Shown here: positions 1 to 11,300 of the stretch, piece by piece
How the letters are laid out: each line of letters starts with the position of its first letter
Position numbering within the stretch: the stretch's first letter is position 1
Assembly (NCBI GenBank): GCA_047495785.1
Contig: JBLDXI010000032.1
Coordinates: forward strand, 1,736,001-1,800,000
Length of the DNA: 64,000 nucleotides
Direction: 5' to 3'
Source: Lepidodermella squamata
Lineage: Eukaryota; Animalia; Gastrotricha
The notes under the pieces: generated by a model
Database searches by the model: none
What the model was told of the DNA's origin: nothing
What the model saw: only the letters and a program-made list of their open reading frames with translations
Position numbers and translations under genes: made by a program

Positions 1-1
1 T

Positions 2-67
2 GCTAGAGTTTTCAATTGCCCCGTCGGTTCAGTGATGAACCCGGCTAAAAAGTGCTTGCTATGGTGA
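2..67 (+). CDS. 3' end of an M13 neprilysin-like gene (partial, window edge)
   Basis: Frame 2 reads ARVFNCPVGSVMNPAKKCLLW*, the typical M13 C-terminus (FxCPxGSxMNPxxKCxxW), also seen in the neighbouring paralogs. Confidence 0.85.
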   Translation, partial: ARVFNCPVGSVMNPAKKCLLW

Positions 68-258
68 GAAAAATAATACAACAGGAAATGCGTAATGAGT
101 GTGCACAAATCATCTTTCAACTCGTTTCTTAAGTGTGGGTCGAAAAAGTAACGCTATTTGTAAACAGTCGAATACATGTAACAGAGCTGGAGCGTCTACT
201 GTATCGATATATAGACAGAATTAGGATAAGACTCGTCTAAGATAATTTTCCATCAGCT

Positions 259-2394
259 ATGTCTTGTTTCTCAGGTCAATTCGAGAACTGCGCCATTTTG
301 AGGTGCACCCTCACGGACGAACAAGGGGAAAGACGTCTTAATTTAAGTAACAAAAAATACAAATTTATTCGTCATTCTCTCAAGTTTTATTTTCTACCAG
401 GAAAAGCTGTTAAAATCATGCTGACTATCGTTCCAGTGCTAATGCTCGCTGTTATTGCCGTAGCAGCTAGCTTGCCAAGCCGGTCTCACAAGAACAGCTT
501 TGTTCTGATCTCTGAAAAATCACATTTAACGATTTGCCAAGAAAAAGAATGCGAAAACTATGTTTCACGCGTTTACAGCTCGTTGGACACTTCTGTAGAT
601 CCATGTGAAAACTTTTACGACTTCGCCTGTCCAAATAATGGGGCGTCCTATTGCTCTGATCAAAACCAACAAACAATCAACGCTAATCAGTTGTTTTTGG
701 AGATTTTTGGTAGGTTTTGCTCCGAATCGATTTCAAAATTTAAAATCTTTCTGGTAGACAATGCTACGAATCTTGACTGGGAGACGGATAAGAAAGTGCG
801 GATGGCTTTTGACGCTTGCGTAAACGATAATAAGTCTTTGGACGCCCATCTCCCTTTTATCAAGGTAATCGTTGAAGAAATGGGTGGTTTCGACACAAAA
901 TTAACAATAGATACCCTCCAACATCGCATCGAACGGCTTCTCGCCTTCAACCAAGACCACATGTTCCGCCTAGCTTTTGACTTCACGCAAAACAACATGG
1001 CTGGGCTTGTTTTGGGCCGAGGTAACAATGAAGAGGATGATCGAATTTTCAAGAAATGGCGGCAGATCTCTGCAAAACTTAACGGCCCTGTTGAAGCAGA
1101 ACTGCAGGATGTAATCAAATTTTCGAACGAGCTCAGAAGTTATGGAGAGCAAAGCAAGTATACCGAAACTGTTTTGAAGGAACTGTCCTTTCATTACGTA
1201 CAAAAATGTTGCGCTCTACTGAGATGGCCGGCGATCATCGATGCATTCATTTCCCACATCAATTACAAAGCAACGAAAATTACGAAAGTCTGGACTAATT
1301 TCTACCAATGCGGGTACTTGAGGAACATGTGCCGGGTTATCGAGGAGACAATTATAACAGAAGAAGGACAGCAAACCATTCAAAACTACCTCGTCTTCAA
1401 GGCGATCGAAGTCGCCGTGCAAATGGATTTCAGTTCTCGGGAAGATACTGGGGAAAGCCGTAAGATCAGTTGCATAGGCGAAGTCGCGGAAATGCTGCCA
1501 TTCGCTGTTGGGTCAATAATGAAACGAAACGCTTTGAATAGCTCGAGGCTCAATGAGCTTAAAGATCTTGCGCTTCATCTCAAGAGCCAATTTTATAATG
1601 AGATCGCCTCATCGCCAAAGTTCAAGCGAACTGAAAAATCACACTTGAAAGACATGCTTGACACCTTGAAAATTGTGATTGGACCTCCGAACTGGACTGT
1701 GGAGCAGCGGCTATTGGACGAATTTCACTCGGATTTTCAAATCAAAACTAAAGATGATTGGTTGGAAGTTCTGTTGGAAGGCCGGAAATTTTACATGAAG
1801 ACATACTTGAGTTACGCCTATTTAAAAGAAAACGCTACTTTTCAGCCGCTTCAAGTGAATGCTAATTACGACCCTGTAACTCATACAATTAGCCTCTCTC
1901 TTCCTTTGGTACTGAAACTGCTCGGAAACCGCGATACAGCTTTTTCAAATGAGTTATTTCCGATATTGTATGGAAAGTTAGGATTCATTGTTGGTCGCAA
2001 GCTGAGTCGATTTTTCAACTACCTGCCCGGAGGAAATCCTCTACTCCGATTGAACTGTTCAGTTAGAGATGTATACAACAAGATTTCAGATCGGCATGAA
2101 TGTGGAGAGAACTTCGGGCTTATTTCTGAGGATTTCGCGGATTTAGCTGGTCTTCAGCTTGCCTTTAAAGCTTTCAGAGAAGCCAAAGCTAATATCAGCA
2201 ATTCTCATGACCAACTGTTTTTCATCTCATTCGCTCAGCGCTTCTGCCCGGGAAACGTCCAACCGAACAAGAATCACTCACCTAACTACCTCAGAGTACT
2301 TGGACCTTTGTCTATGAGTAAAGAATTTGCTGTAGCCTTTAGGTGCCCTCGTGATTCAGAAATGCTTAGTGAAGAGCACTGTGAAATATGGTAG
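259..2394 (+). CDS. M13 neprilysin-like type II membrane protein, catalytically degenerate
   Basis: TM anchor, DPCENFYDFAC, VNANY, EDFADLAGL, HSPNYLRVLG, FRCP...C. The HExxH position reads GRKLSRF. The ORF probably contains short in-frame introns (~348-400, ~709-757), so the start is uncertain. Confidence 0.88.
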   Translation: MSCFSGQFENCAILRCTLTDEQGERRLNLSNKKYKFIRHSLKFYFLPGKAVKIMLTIVPVLMLAVIAVAASLPSRSHKNSFVLISEKSHLTICQEKECENYVSRVYSSLDTSVDPCENFYDFACPNNGASYCSDQNQQTINANQLFLEIFGRFCSESISKFKIFLVDNATNLDWETDKKVRMAFDACVNDNKSLDAHLPFIKVIVEEMGGFDTKLTIDTLQHRIERLLAFNQDHMFRLAFDFTQNNMAGLVLGRGNNEEDDRIFKKWRQISAKLNGPVEAELQDVIKFSNELRSYGEQSKYTETVLKELSFHYVQKCCALLRWPAIIDAFISHINYKATKITKVWTNFYQCGYLRNMCRVIEETIITEEGQQTIQNYLVFKAIEVAVQMDFSSREDTGESRKISCIGEVAEMLPFAVGSIMKRNALNSSRLNELKDLALHLKSQFYNEIASSPKFKRTEKSHLKDMLDTLKIVIGPPNWTVEQRLLDEFHSDFQIKTKDDWLEVLLEGRKFYMKTYLSYAYLKENATFQPLQVNANYDPVTHTISLSLPLVLKLLGNRDTAFSNELFPILYGKLGFIVGRKLSRFFNYLPGGNPLLRLNCSVRDVYNKISDRHECGENFGLISEDFADLAGLQLAFKAFREAKANISNSHDQLFFISFAQRFCPGNVQPNKNHSPNYLRVLGPLSMSKEFAVAFRCPRDSEMLSEEHCEIW

Positions 2395-2421
2395 TAAATA
2401 AAACAAATCCTGACTTCAATT

Positions 2422-4461
2422 TTATTGGCAATTCATCGGAGTCTTAAACTTTGACTTTGGAGGGCATTGAAATGCAGCGGAAAATCGTTCACTCGAAGAT
2501 ACAGCACCAAGCACTCGAAGCTGAGCTGATGAATCATCCTTCCGTGAACAGAGGCCTTGCGCACAAGCAATAAAAAATAATTGATCGTCAGCTGTTCCTC
2601 TGCTGCCCAACTGTTGTTGCATCAGATCGAAAGCTAGTGGAAGACTCAAGTACTCCGATACGTAGCTGAAAGCATCCTTAAAATTTGGTGCTGGTTTCCA
2701 ATAAACCCGGGCGAGTGATTTGTAGTAACCGAGAATGCATTCTCTTTGATTTTGCAAGAACCAATCGGACTTCAAAAATCCCTGAAAATGTTGGGCTGTT
2801 AGTAACGCCTTGAATATTGAACCGACGTAACCTCCGTAGATAATCGGAACTGGGAAAGATCTGTCGAAAAGGGGAGGGGCGAGCATAGAAACAGGTAGCA
2901 TGATTTTCTTGGAAGAAATGCGGTCGTAAATCGGTCGAGTGCCAAAAGGCGCGTAGGAACCGTCTTTCCTCGAGTAAGGGAATCTCAGGTCTTGCCCAAG
3001 ACTGAAATCTTTCATTCTTTGATAATTTTCTGGGTACCATGCATTGCGATCAATTTTCAAACTTTCGAAATGCTGCTCAATCTTTGTGGCATTATGCGTC
3101 CAACTTGGAGGCCATTGAGTAAACGGGAAGCCTTCCAATTCAGCCATAGTCGCAAGCTTCGTGTTATCTGCGAATTTTACTGACAATAGCTGCTCTCGGA
3201 AGTATCTGACAGATACTCTTGCGAGTTCCATAGCGCTTGGGATATTATTTTCGTCAAAATAATCTCTCCGATTTATCGCAGCAATTGCAAGGGGCATGTG
3301 ACGCTGAATACTTCGAAAACAATGCTCCTCAATTGTTTGGTAATCGGCGATTGATTTGAAGATGAAATAATTCTGAAGTGTCCTGCGGCCGTCGATGGAT
3401 CTCAGGTGAGCCTCCATTATTCGACAAGCATCGCCGATGTAATTACAGAAAGACCGGTCTGAGTAGAACTTGACGTTGCTAAGGTTGAAATTAAAAGTTC
3501 CCGCAATCACATCCGAGATCGACGGCCAGTTCAGAAGTTGACAACATTCAGCAGGAGATGACAGTTCAGTGTCTTCCAATGGGCCATCAGTGTATGGTTT
3601 GATGTAAGCAAGCGCCGCGGTGAACTCCCTTAACTGATCCAAATCATGTTGCTCCAAGCCAAATGCAGCGAGAAACTCTTCGTCCTTCAGTTTGAAACGA
3701 TGACTTCCGCTGACTAGGACGACTTTGACGGGTAACTTGAGATAGTGACCTGGAATGGGATTTATTGAGTGCGGGAAGTCTGATCTCGCCAACATGAATA
3801 TGCTGTCCAAATTACGAGCGACCATTTTTTCAAACTGAGATTGGAGAGAAGACTTGTTTCGAACAGAGACATCCGAGTTGAATCCACCCATTTCCCCTAT
3901 AATTGCCTTAATATAGGCCAAATCTTCATCCTTTCTCCAATTCTGGCAGGATTCGTAAATATAAACCAATTTGCGATCTATTGCCCATGTGTAATTCAAC
4001 TTAGATCCTGAAACATCCCAGTTTGTTAAGTGTCACAAATTATAGTAAAACCGAACCGGAAAGAAGGGCCTCGAATCGCTGTTGAGAATTAATGGAAACC
4101 CAATCAGCTAAATTCATGTCCAGCTCGTTGTTACCACAAGCGAATTCGTAGAAGTCATCGCAAGGATCAGCTGACATGTTCATTTGTTTGAAAATACTTT
4201 TGACACGAGACGCGCAAGTATCTGTTTCACATGCATCCAAGACGTAGTCCAATGATAGTTTCGTAGACATCCTTGCGAATATCACACATGCCGTTGTGAC
4301 GAGTAGAGCCGCTGTAAAACTTGCTAACATTAGAAAAGTTAGCGTAGTGATTTGCCGTGCTGGAAATATTGAAAAAATGTAACTGGACAGAGAATTGTTA
4401 TCGATTTACCGGTAAAACTGTTAGAGACAAAATTGATTGGATCAATGCGACTTGAGAACAT
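2422..4461 (-). CDS. M13 neprilysin-like protein, highly degenerate (3 exons)
   Basis: Joins a short 5' exon (ATG 4461) with ORFs 4040-4330 (TM, DPCDDFYEFACG) and 2422-3999 (LAPPLFD, QLFFIACAQ, LRVLGAVS, FQCP). No HExxH or ExxxD. Confidence 0.8.
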
Positions 4462-4947
4462 CTCGTCATGCAGGATTACATATTCATGGCTTGGCGCTCA
4501 TACCTGCTATATTTCCTCCTTATTTATTTAATTGAGTAAAGAGCTGCCGCTATCCCTCAATCAATGTTTTCATCCCTTTTCTTTGCATCATAGAACTGGA
4601 ATCACTCATTCAACAAGTTTGTTAATTTTTCTAACTAAGATGCATGTTTTTTCAGCTTCCTTGGAATGATAATTCAGTGGCGCGTTGCTGCCAGAAGATT
4701 ATAGCCTCAGTCTTCCGTATAAAGCAAAATGCTTTTTTATCATTAGTAGAGCTTCTTCTGAACTCCAACAAGGTAATTTACAGTATATGCAGGTAATAAA
4801 TAATGCGTTCCATATCCATTCCTTGGTTGAGAAACTCCGTTTTTTCTGTTCAATAGATCCCATTTGTTTACGATATTAGTGCTGCTGTTGCTGGATGCGC
4901 GCCGTAACAACGAACTATTCCTCCAGTTATTTTAAAAAGTAGGTATC

Positions 4948-7090
4948 ATGCAAAATAGCCTTACTGAGCTGAAGCGACGGACCAGGCGCCATCTCTCTAC
5001 GAGTACATAATTTTTGAAAATTTAGTGAAATGTTCTAATCAAATCAAATTTCAGATGCGTCCTCCAGGCGAGTTCTCGCCATCATTTTCGTTCTTGTTAT
5101 CGTAGTCGGAGCACTCCTCGTCGGTATTGCCGTTTACTCAAGTCGAGGCAGAGTATCAGTGTCTCATTTCGGAGATGACTTGAAGGCGGTCTGCGAAACT
5201 GAGTCATGCCTCGATTACGTAACAAACATGGTTGTAATCATGAACTCTTCCGCGGATCCTTGCGATGATTTTTACGAATATGCTTGCGGCGAGATGGCGG
5301 AACGAGTTTTGATTCCGGAAGACTACGACGGGAAGACATGTTTAGACACCATGTGGGCTGATGATCCATTCAATCCTCGTCAAACTTTCTTCAACATCCT
5401 AGGTAAACAATTTATTAAAAAATCTAATCAAATGAGGAATATTTTGCAATTTTCAGAGGACGAATCGAATATGAAAACTCTGACGGATAAGAAGTTGAGT
5501 TTTTACCTGGATTCTTGTCTGAACAGTGCAACATGGGATGCAAACTTACCCTACATTCAAAGCATCGTGGATCGGCTCGGAGGATTCAGCTCAACCCTGA
5601 AAAAGGACATTTTACAAGCTAGAATTGAAAAAATGCTTTCGTTCAATTTCGACCACTTTTTTGCTCTGGACTTCGTTTACTCCTTCGACGTTTCTCGCGC
5701 TAAGGCTGCAGGATTGGCTCTGACGAAAGGAAATCGGATAGGAAATCCCGAATCCCGGGCTCGAATTTTGAAAATTGCGAACAAACTTGGATCCCTAACA
5801 ATCGAGGAATTGAAATCAGTCATCGAATTGTTCGATATCATCGCAGAAGAAGAGTTTGATGAGGACGGAATGGTTGCTAAGCCCACTGCAATGTCGGAAG
5901 TCAGCTTCAATTACCTGTCAAAATGCTGCCCACTTCTCAACTGGTCATCGATTGTCGATAAATTCCTGTCCCAGATAAATTACAACGGCACCAAACCGCA
6001 GAAAATCGGATCGAATTTCTTTAACTGTGGCTACTTAAGGCGGATGTGTAAGTCGTTCGAAACCCAGCTTGAGAGTGAAAATGGCGCGAAAACACTGCAA
6101 AATCTGGTTATTCTCCTTGCGATTCCTATCGATGCGAAAATTGTTGAGGATAATACGGCAGTTTCTATTAACAAAACCGCTGATCTTTGCTTGAATCAAG
6201 TCACAGCGAATCTGCCATTTGCTGTTGCGTCACTCTACCGGCGTTCGAAATTCGACGAGGAACATCTGAAAGAACTTCATTCGTTCTCAGGCGACTTAAA
6301 AACTGCATTCGAAGAAATATTGCTCATGTCCTTACCCCATAAATCGAAATTGAGGGGCGTATTCGACCGCCTTAGAATTCAATTTGGAAGCCCGGATTGG
6401 GCGATGAATGAGCAGTTATTGGATGGTTACCACTTGAGTTTCAACCCTAATCAAGCGAGTTGGTTGGAGAGCCTTCACGAGGGCCGGAAAATGTATATGA
6501 AGTCGTATCTAGAATATGCCTATCAAAAGATTGACTCACCTGTTCAACCGCTTGAAATCAACGCGATGTATTCCTACTACAGCCATACTATCAATTTCAA
6601 TTTGCCGCTTTTACATCAAGTTTGGGATCCTGATGAATCATCTCAATCGGCTAGCAACGACTTTCTGCCGCGATTGTACGCGAAAATGGGAATGTTGATC
6701 GGGCATGAGTTGAATCATCTGTTTGACTACGAAATATGGGGTCGAAAGCCAGAGTGTTTGTCTCAAATGTATCAACCTTTCGCTCAAAAATTCAGGTGTA
6801 AACTGCGGAATGACACCTTTGAGGAGGATTTCGCTGATCAAGTTGGAACTCAGTTGGCCTATCGAGTTTTTCGAGACCGTCTACCGAGCAGTAACAAAGC
6901 CCGAGATCGAATGTTCTTCATAGTCATGGCTCAAATGATCTGCACGGCAAATTTTGAAGCAACTGTTGGTCATACGCCTAATGCCTTCCGCGTGCGAGGA
7001 AATATGGCGAATAGTGAGGATTTTGCGAAGTCATTCGACTGTCCTATTGGTTCTCCGATGAATCCAGCGCAAAAATGCATGGTCCTGTAA
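4948..7090 (+). CDS. M13 neprilysin-like zinc metallopeptidase, probably active
   Basis: Exon 1 (ATG 4948, MQNSLTELKRR...) splices in phase 1 to 5055, giving TM VLAIIFVLVIVVGALLVGIAVY. Motifs: DPCDDFYEYACG, INAMY, GHELNHLFD (HExxH), EEDFAD, HTPNAFRV, FDCPIGSPMNP. Confidence 0.92.
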
Positions 7091-7172
7091 ACAATGCATC
7101 CGTTTTTACTGTCTCAGTCAGCATTTATTTCTGTGAGATTTGTGTGAGAATATTCCGGTGTTCAATAAAATC

Positions 7173-7943
7173 ACCTGGCTGAAGCTAGCAGGACGATTCC
7201 TGCAGGATTGTGTTCCGCTCATTTTCGCTCTTGTGCCACCCTTGTGCCATCAGTCTGAGGGCCTAAATAGTTTATCCAGGTGTATTCCAGAGATTGCTGC
7301 ATCGATTTCATCAAGTAATTAACGATTGACGCAATTAAGGGTCACAGTACATGCGCCCTGTTCTAAATTAACCTCGCAGGATACTGTGCCAGTCATAAAA
7401 CTTGGTGGACTGGGGTAGAATTTTGCGCCGATTACGAATATGCAATCCTCTTGCGTGTCCAATCTGCACAAAATTCGATTTGTGCCATTATTTGTGAAAA
7501 TAAGCAATAAAATGACCCATCACGTGACCTTTGACCTCAGGTGAGCTTGTGCCGGCAATGCAGGATTGACCAATCGATAGAGCGGGGTCGATTACCCTAG
7601 TTTGCCAATTGACAGCCCAATGCAATCAAAATTGAGTGCGGAAAACGTAGCCGAAATACCGTAAAATATCAATTTTTAGCACCGCAGGGTGACTACAACA
7701 AAAAGTGGGTCAAACACCCTTGCAGGATTGTGTGCCAGGCATTATGATATGACCGTCTAGACCAGTTTTCGGCCCTGATCACGAATTTCAAGTCCGTTTG
7801 CGTAACCGGAGCCGGCAAATCGGTTATTTTGCCTGATTTATGAGGAAAAACCGCGAAAATTGGCTTGTCACGTGACCTGTGACCCCAGGTGTGCCTGTGC
7901 CAGTGGCGCAGGAAGCGCCATTCGATCGGGCGTGGTCGAAAAC
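7173..7943 (+). repeat. Left terminal inverted repeat of the MULE
   Basis: Reverse complement of 16500-17270 with about 8 mismatches by eye. The mirrored spurious ORFs 7319-7507(-) and 16936-17124(+) are identical except for the last residue. Confidence 0.95.
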
Positions 7944-8382
7944 GGTGGTTCTCTACGGGGCAACCTCGCCTAATGAAATCTGAGAATTTAAAACGTTACT
8001 GAAAATAAGTATTTCGATATTATTACGTAATTTTTATTTTTTCTACAGATTATAATGTAATTAATTCCACTGTTTTTTCTTATAGTACAAATTGAACAGG
8101 AATGGAGAATGGAAATAAGAATGGAAAATTATTTGGATCATTTTCACTCTTCGGAAAAGCAATTAGACACCGACTGTGTAAATAAGACGTTAGTAGGACT
8201 TCGCATCTCAAATATATAAGAGATGCCTAATAAACAGCGCGAGTATAAATGGTATTGTATCGTGTATCGTTTCCATTCTATGTGAAGCGGTATGATAAAT
8301 GTCCAGCGATACCCTGTAGATATTAGTGTATCCCAACGAAAACCAATAGCGGAGATTAAAAATTCAAAACGGCAAAAAATAG

Positions 8383-11300
8383 TTAGCGGTCAAATATGTA
8401 GTCGCCTGAATTCAGTTCCGGTTCCGGACAGCCTAGTTCCTGTTCGTCTGGCGTACGCCCAAGAATAAGAAAAACGCCTAGCCATTTTTTCAAGGCCGGT
8501 GATTCAGGCCGCAGGTAATTCCGTCTCGCCTTCCCCTCTGTGACAAGGGTATAATCCAACGGGAAAGAACCAGGCGTAAGGAGGCCGTAGTTTGACGTGC
8601 CGCTTTGCCTAGCCACGACGGCGACGACTTCATAGCTGGATATTACTGCTATATTACAGGTTTTACGTTTCTTAACAAAAATTTACCTCAGATTCTGGAA
8701 TGATAATTGCGTTAGATTCAGGCATTTGCTAAGGGCTACAAGACCATCAATGGCGATGATGATGGTGGGGCTGGGCGAAACTCGGCCATCTTCGTGATGA
8801 TGAGTGCCAACACTGATCAGCCTCGTGCCCTGGCATGGCGATCTGAACAAATTTCAACCCCAACATTTTAACCTGGCCGTTAATTTAACAATCTTTAGAT
8901 GATTTTACCCGCTAGATTCCACGTATTGACAATCGGTCGAAGTCTGACCGAATCGGTTGCCCAACATTTCCTCTAGCTGCCGCGTAGATGGAAAGCTACG
9001 AATTAATTGGCATTCAAAATTGATCCGAACAAATTAATTGATAAAGCAAACCCATCCGACTCGATGATGAGGAACGGATTCGTAATGAATTCTGACCCAG
9101 GCGGAGAGGTGCAGAATTCATTTTGGCAGTTGCCAACTTTCCTAGTAAGCCCACATCGGTCAATAGCAAAGATCGCTGAGCACAACTGACTGGGCCTTAT
9201 GTCGTCAAAGCTGTACACTCTGCCCCCATCTTCACGTCGAACAGCGAGATCAGAGTAGAGCTCTTCGATCAAAATGCCTCGCCTAGCTCGGAGTTCGAAG
9301 CGTGTCGCTGCTTTATTGCTGATGGCTTCCAAATAAGAAACCCATTTACCTGGGCATAGACTTTGGCGAATTGGGGCCATGCCCATAGCAAATAGGTCAA
9401 AAGGTCTGGTGCTTCTTAGGTCAACGTCATGACTTGCACTGTCAGAGGCAGGCAATTGGTCGAGCACGCTGAGACCCAAGGCGAAGCTGATTTCTTGGGC
9501 TTCCGATCCGTCCGAAGCCAAATCATCGAAGGTCCAAGCGCCCTTGCGTGACTTACCTTTTATGGTTTTAGGAGCCTTGGGAGACTTCGGAGACTTCGGA
9601 GCCTTGGGAGCCTTGGGAACCTTGGGAGCCTTGGGAACCTTGGGAGCCTTGGGAGCCTTGGGAACCTTGGGAGCCTTGGGAACCTTGGGAGCCTTCGTAG
9701 TCTTGAGAGGCTTCGGATCTTTTACGGTCTTCACAGTTCTTCGAGGCTTTGAATCTTTCGAGGCTGACGTTGGAATTTCCAGTGGATCCGGTGCATTCGC
9801 AAGCTTTGGAATTTTCCTAGGCTTCGAATCTTTGGGTATCAGGGTTGTTTCTGGAGCCCTTCGTCGCCGGGATGCCATGGGCTGACTTGCTGTAGCCGAG
9901 CTGACACTTGAGGCCGGCTCATCATCCATAGCCGAAACTATCGACGAACTTTCAAAGACCATCCCGCTGTCTTGCAATCGTGAGGGTATTTCAAACTGGA
10001 AATTGCTCAACTCGGAAATCGCCTCTAGACCGGCCAGTCTATATAGTTATAACATTAAAGTCCCGATATCGTCCCATATAAATAAGCCAATAAGCAGGCA
10101 GCCATTCTATACCTAGAAAATGAGCTTTTCCCAACAGCCGAGGGCTGCTGTGACTCTTTGCTGCTGAGATCCATTGCAGCATGGGCATGTTCGGAATAGG
10201 GTGGAGGAGGTGAAGGTGGAAGTGGGACGCTAAATTATCATATAGCTAGACAAGTCCTTCAAAGTAAAACACAAAAATCACCTGGAAGATGGAACAGATT
10301 CCACGAGCGTAGCAACATGAGCCGAAACAGGTTTGGGACAGCAGTAAAAGAAAATAACTGCGTAGTAAAGGCGATAGAATTTCTCAAGCTCATTGTCGAA
10401 TTTTCGCCAAAACGGTTTCCGTGTACGTGAGCTGACTACAAGATCGTCAAGCAAGTAAGCGTCACCATCGATGATCCTGATAGTGACGTAATGTCCCGAG
10501 CCTTCCCTATCCTCGGTTCTCTTGCCTTCTGCTCGATTAGGCTCGCTGAAAAGAATAGCGCTGTGAAGCGAATATCTTTAGGGGAAAGGAGATCTGACAT
10601 TTGGCTTCATTTACAACACTGAGATGAAGACTTACGAAAAGTGTTCCATTTCAAGAGACTTGGGAGCTTGGTTGAGAACAGTGGTTGCTGTCCACTCCCA
10701 ACTCGACTCAAACTCGATGGCAATAAAAGGTAGGGGCTTGCTTGGATCATGATGCCTAGCGGGTGATAGCATTCGGTGATGGTTTTTGCAACGGCACATC
10801 ACAATGTCCTCAAAAAATAAGGCGTCGATTTGCGCTTGGAAAGTCACCCTTTGCAAAGCTGTATTTGCTCGAACAGCCTCATAGTGCTGCGCATTTTCCC
10901 TACAAATTAATGAAATAAATAGATAACAGCCTTGAATGGGACAGAAAACTGACGCCTCAATAGAACCCAATAAGACAGGATTAACCACTTTTTGTATCTG
11001 AGTCGGCTTACGGCATTCTTCACACGGATGTAGGTCTCGCAATAAATAGCAGCCATCAAGTTCACACATTTGCGTAAGCCAAAGCATACAATTTCCATCT
11101 CCAACATTGGAAACTCGCATCTCGTAATGATCAATTGGGCAGCAAATTGATGAATCAGGGGATACTTCGATGACCCGACCGAAGCAATCAATTGGCAACA
11201 ACCTAGTTTCATTGTTCCTCGGAAACACTCTGCCCATAAATCTGAATCTGGCTAACTGAGCCATCCTCTCGCCGTTTTCACTGGAAGCCGCGTCCTTTAG

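Noticed and set aside
7319-7507. Duplicated 62-aa ORF, also at 16936-17124
   Set aside because: Chance TTG-start ORF inside the TIRs.
9544-9885. Gly/Ala/Leu-rich collagen-like ORF on the + strand
   Set aside because: Antisense shadow of the KAP repeat.
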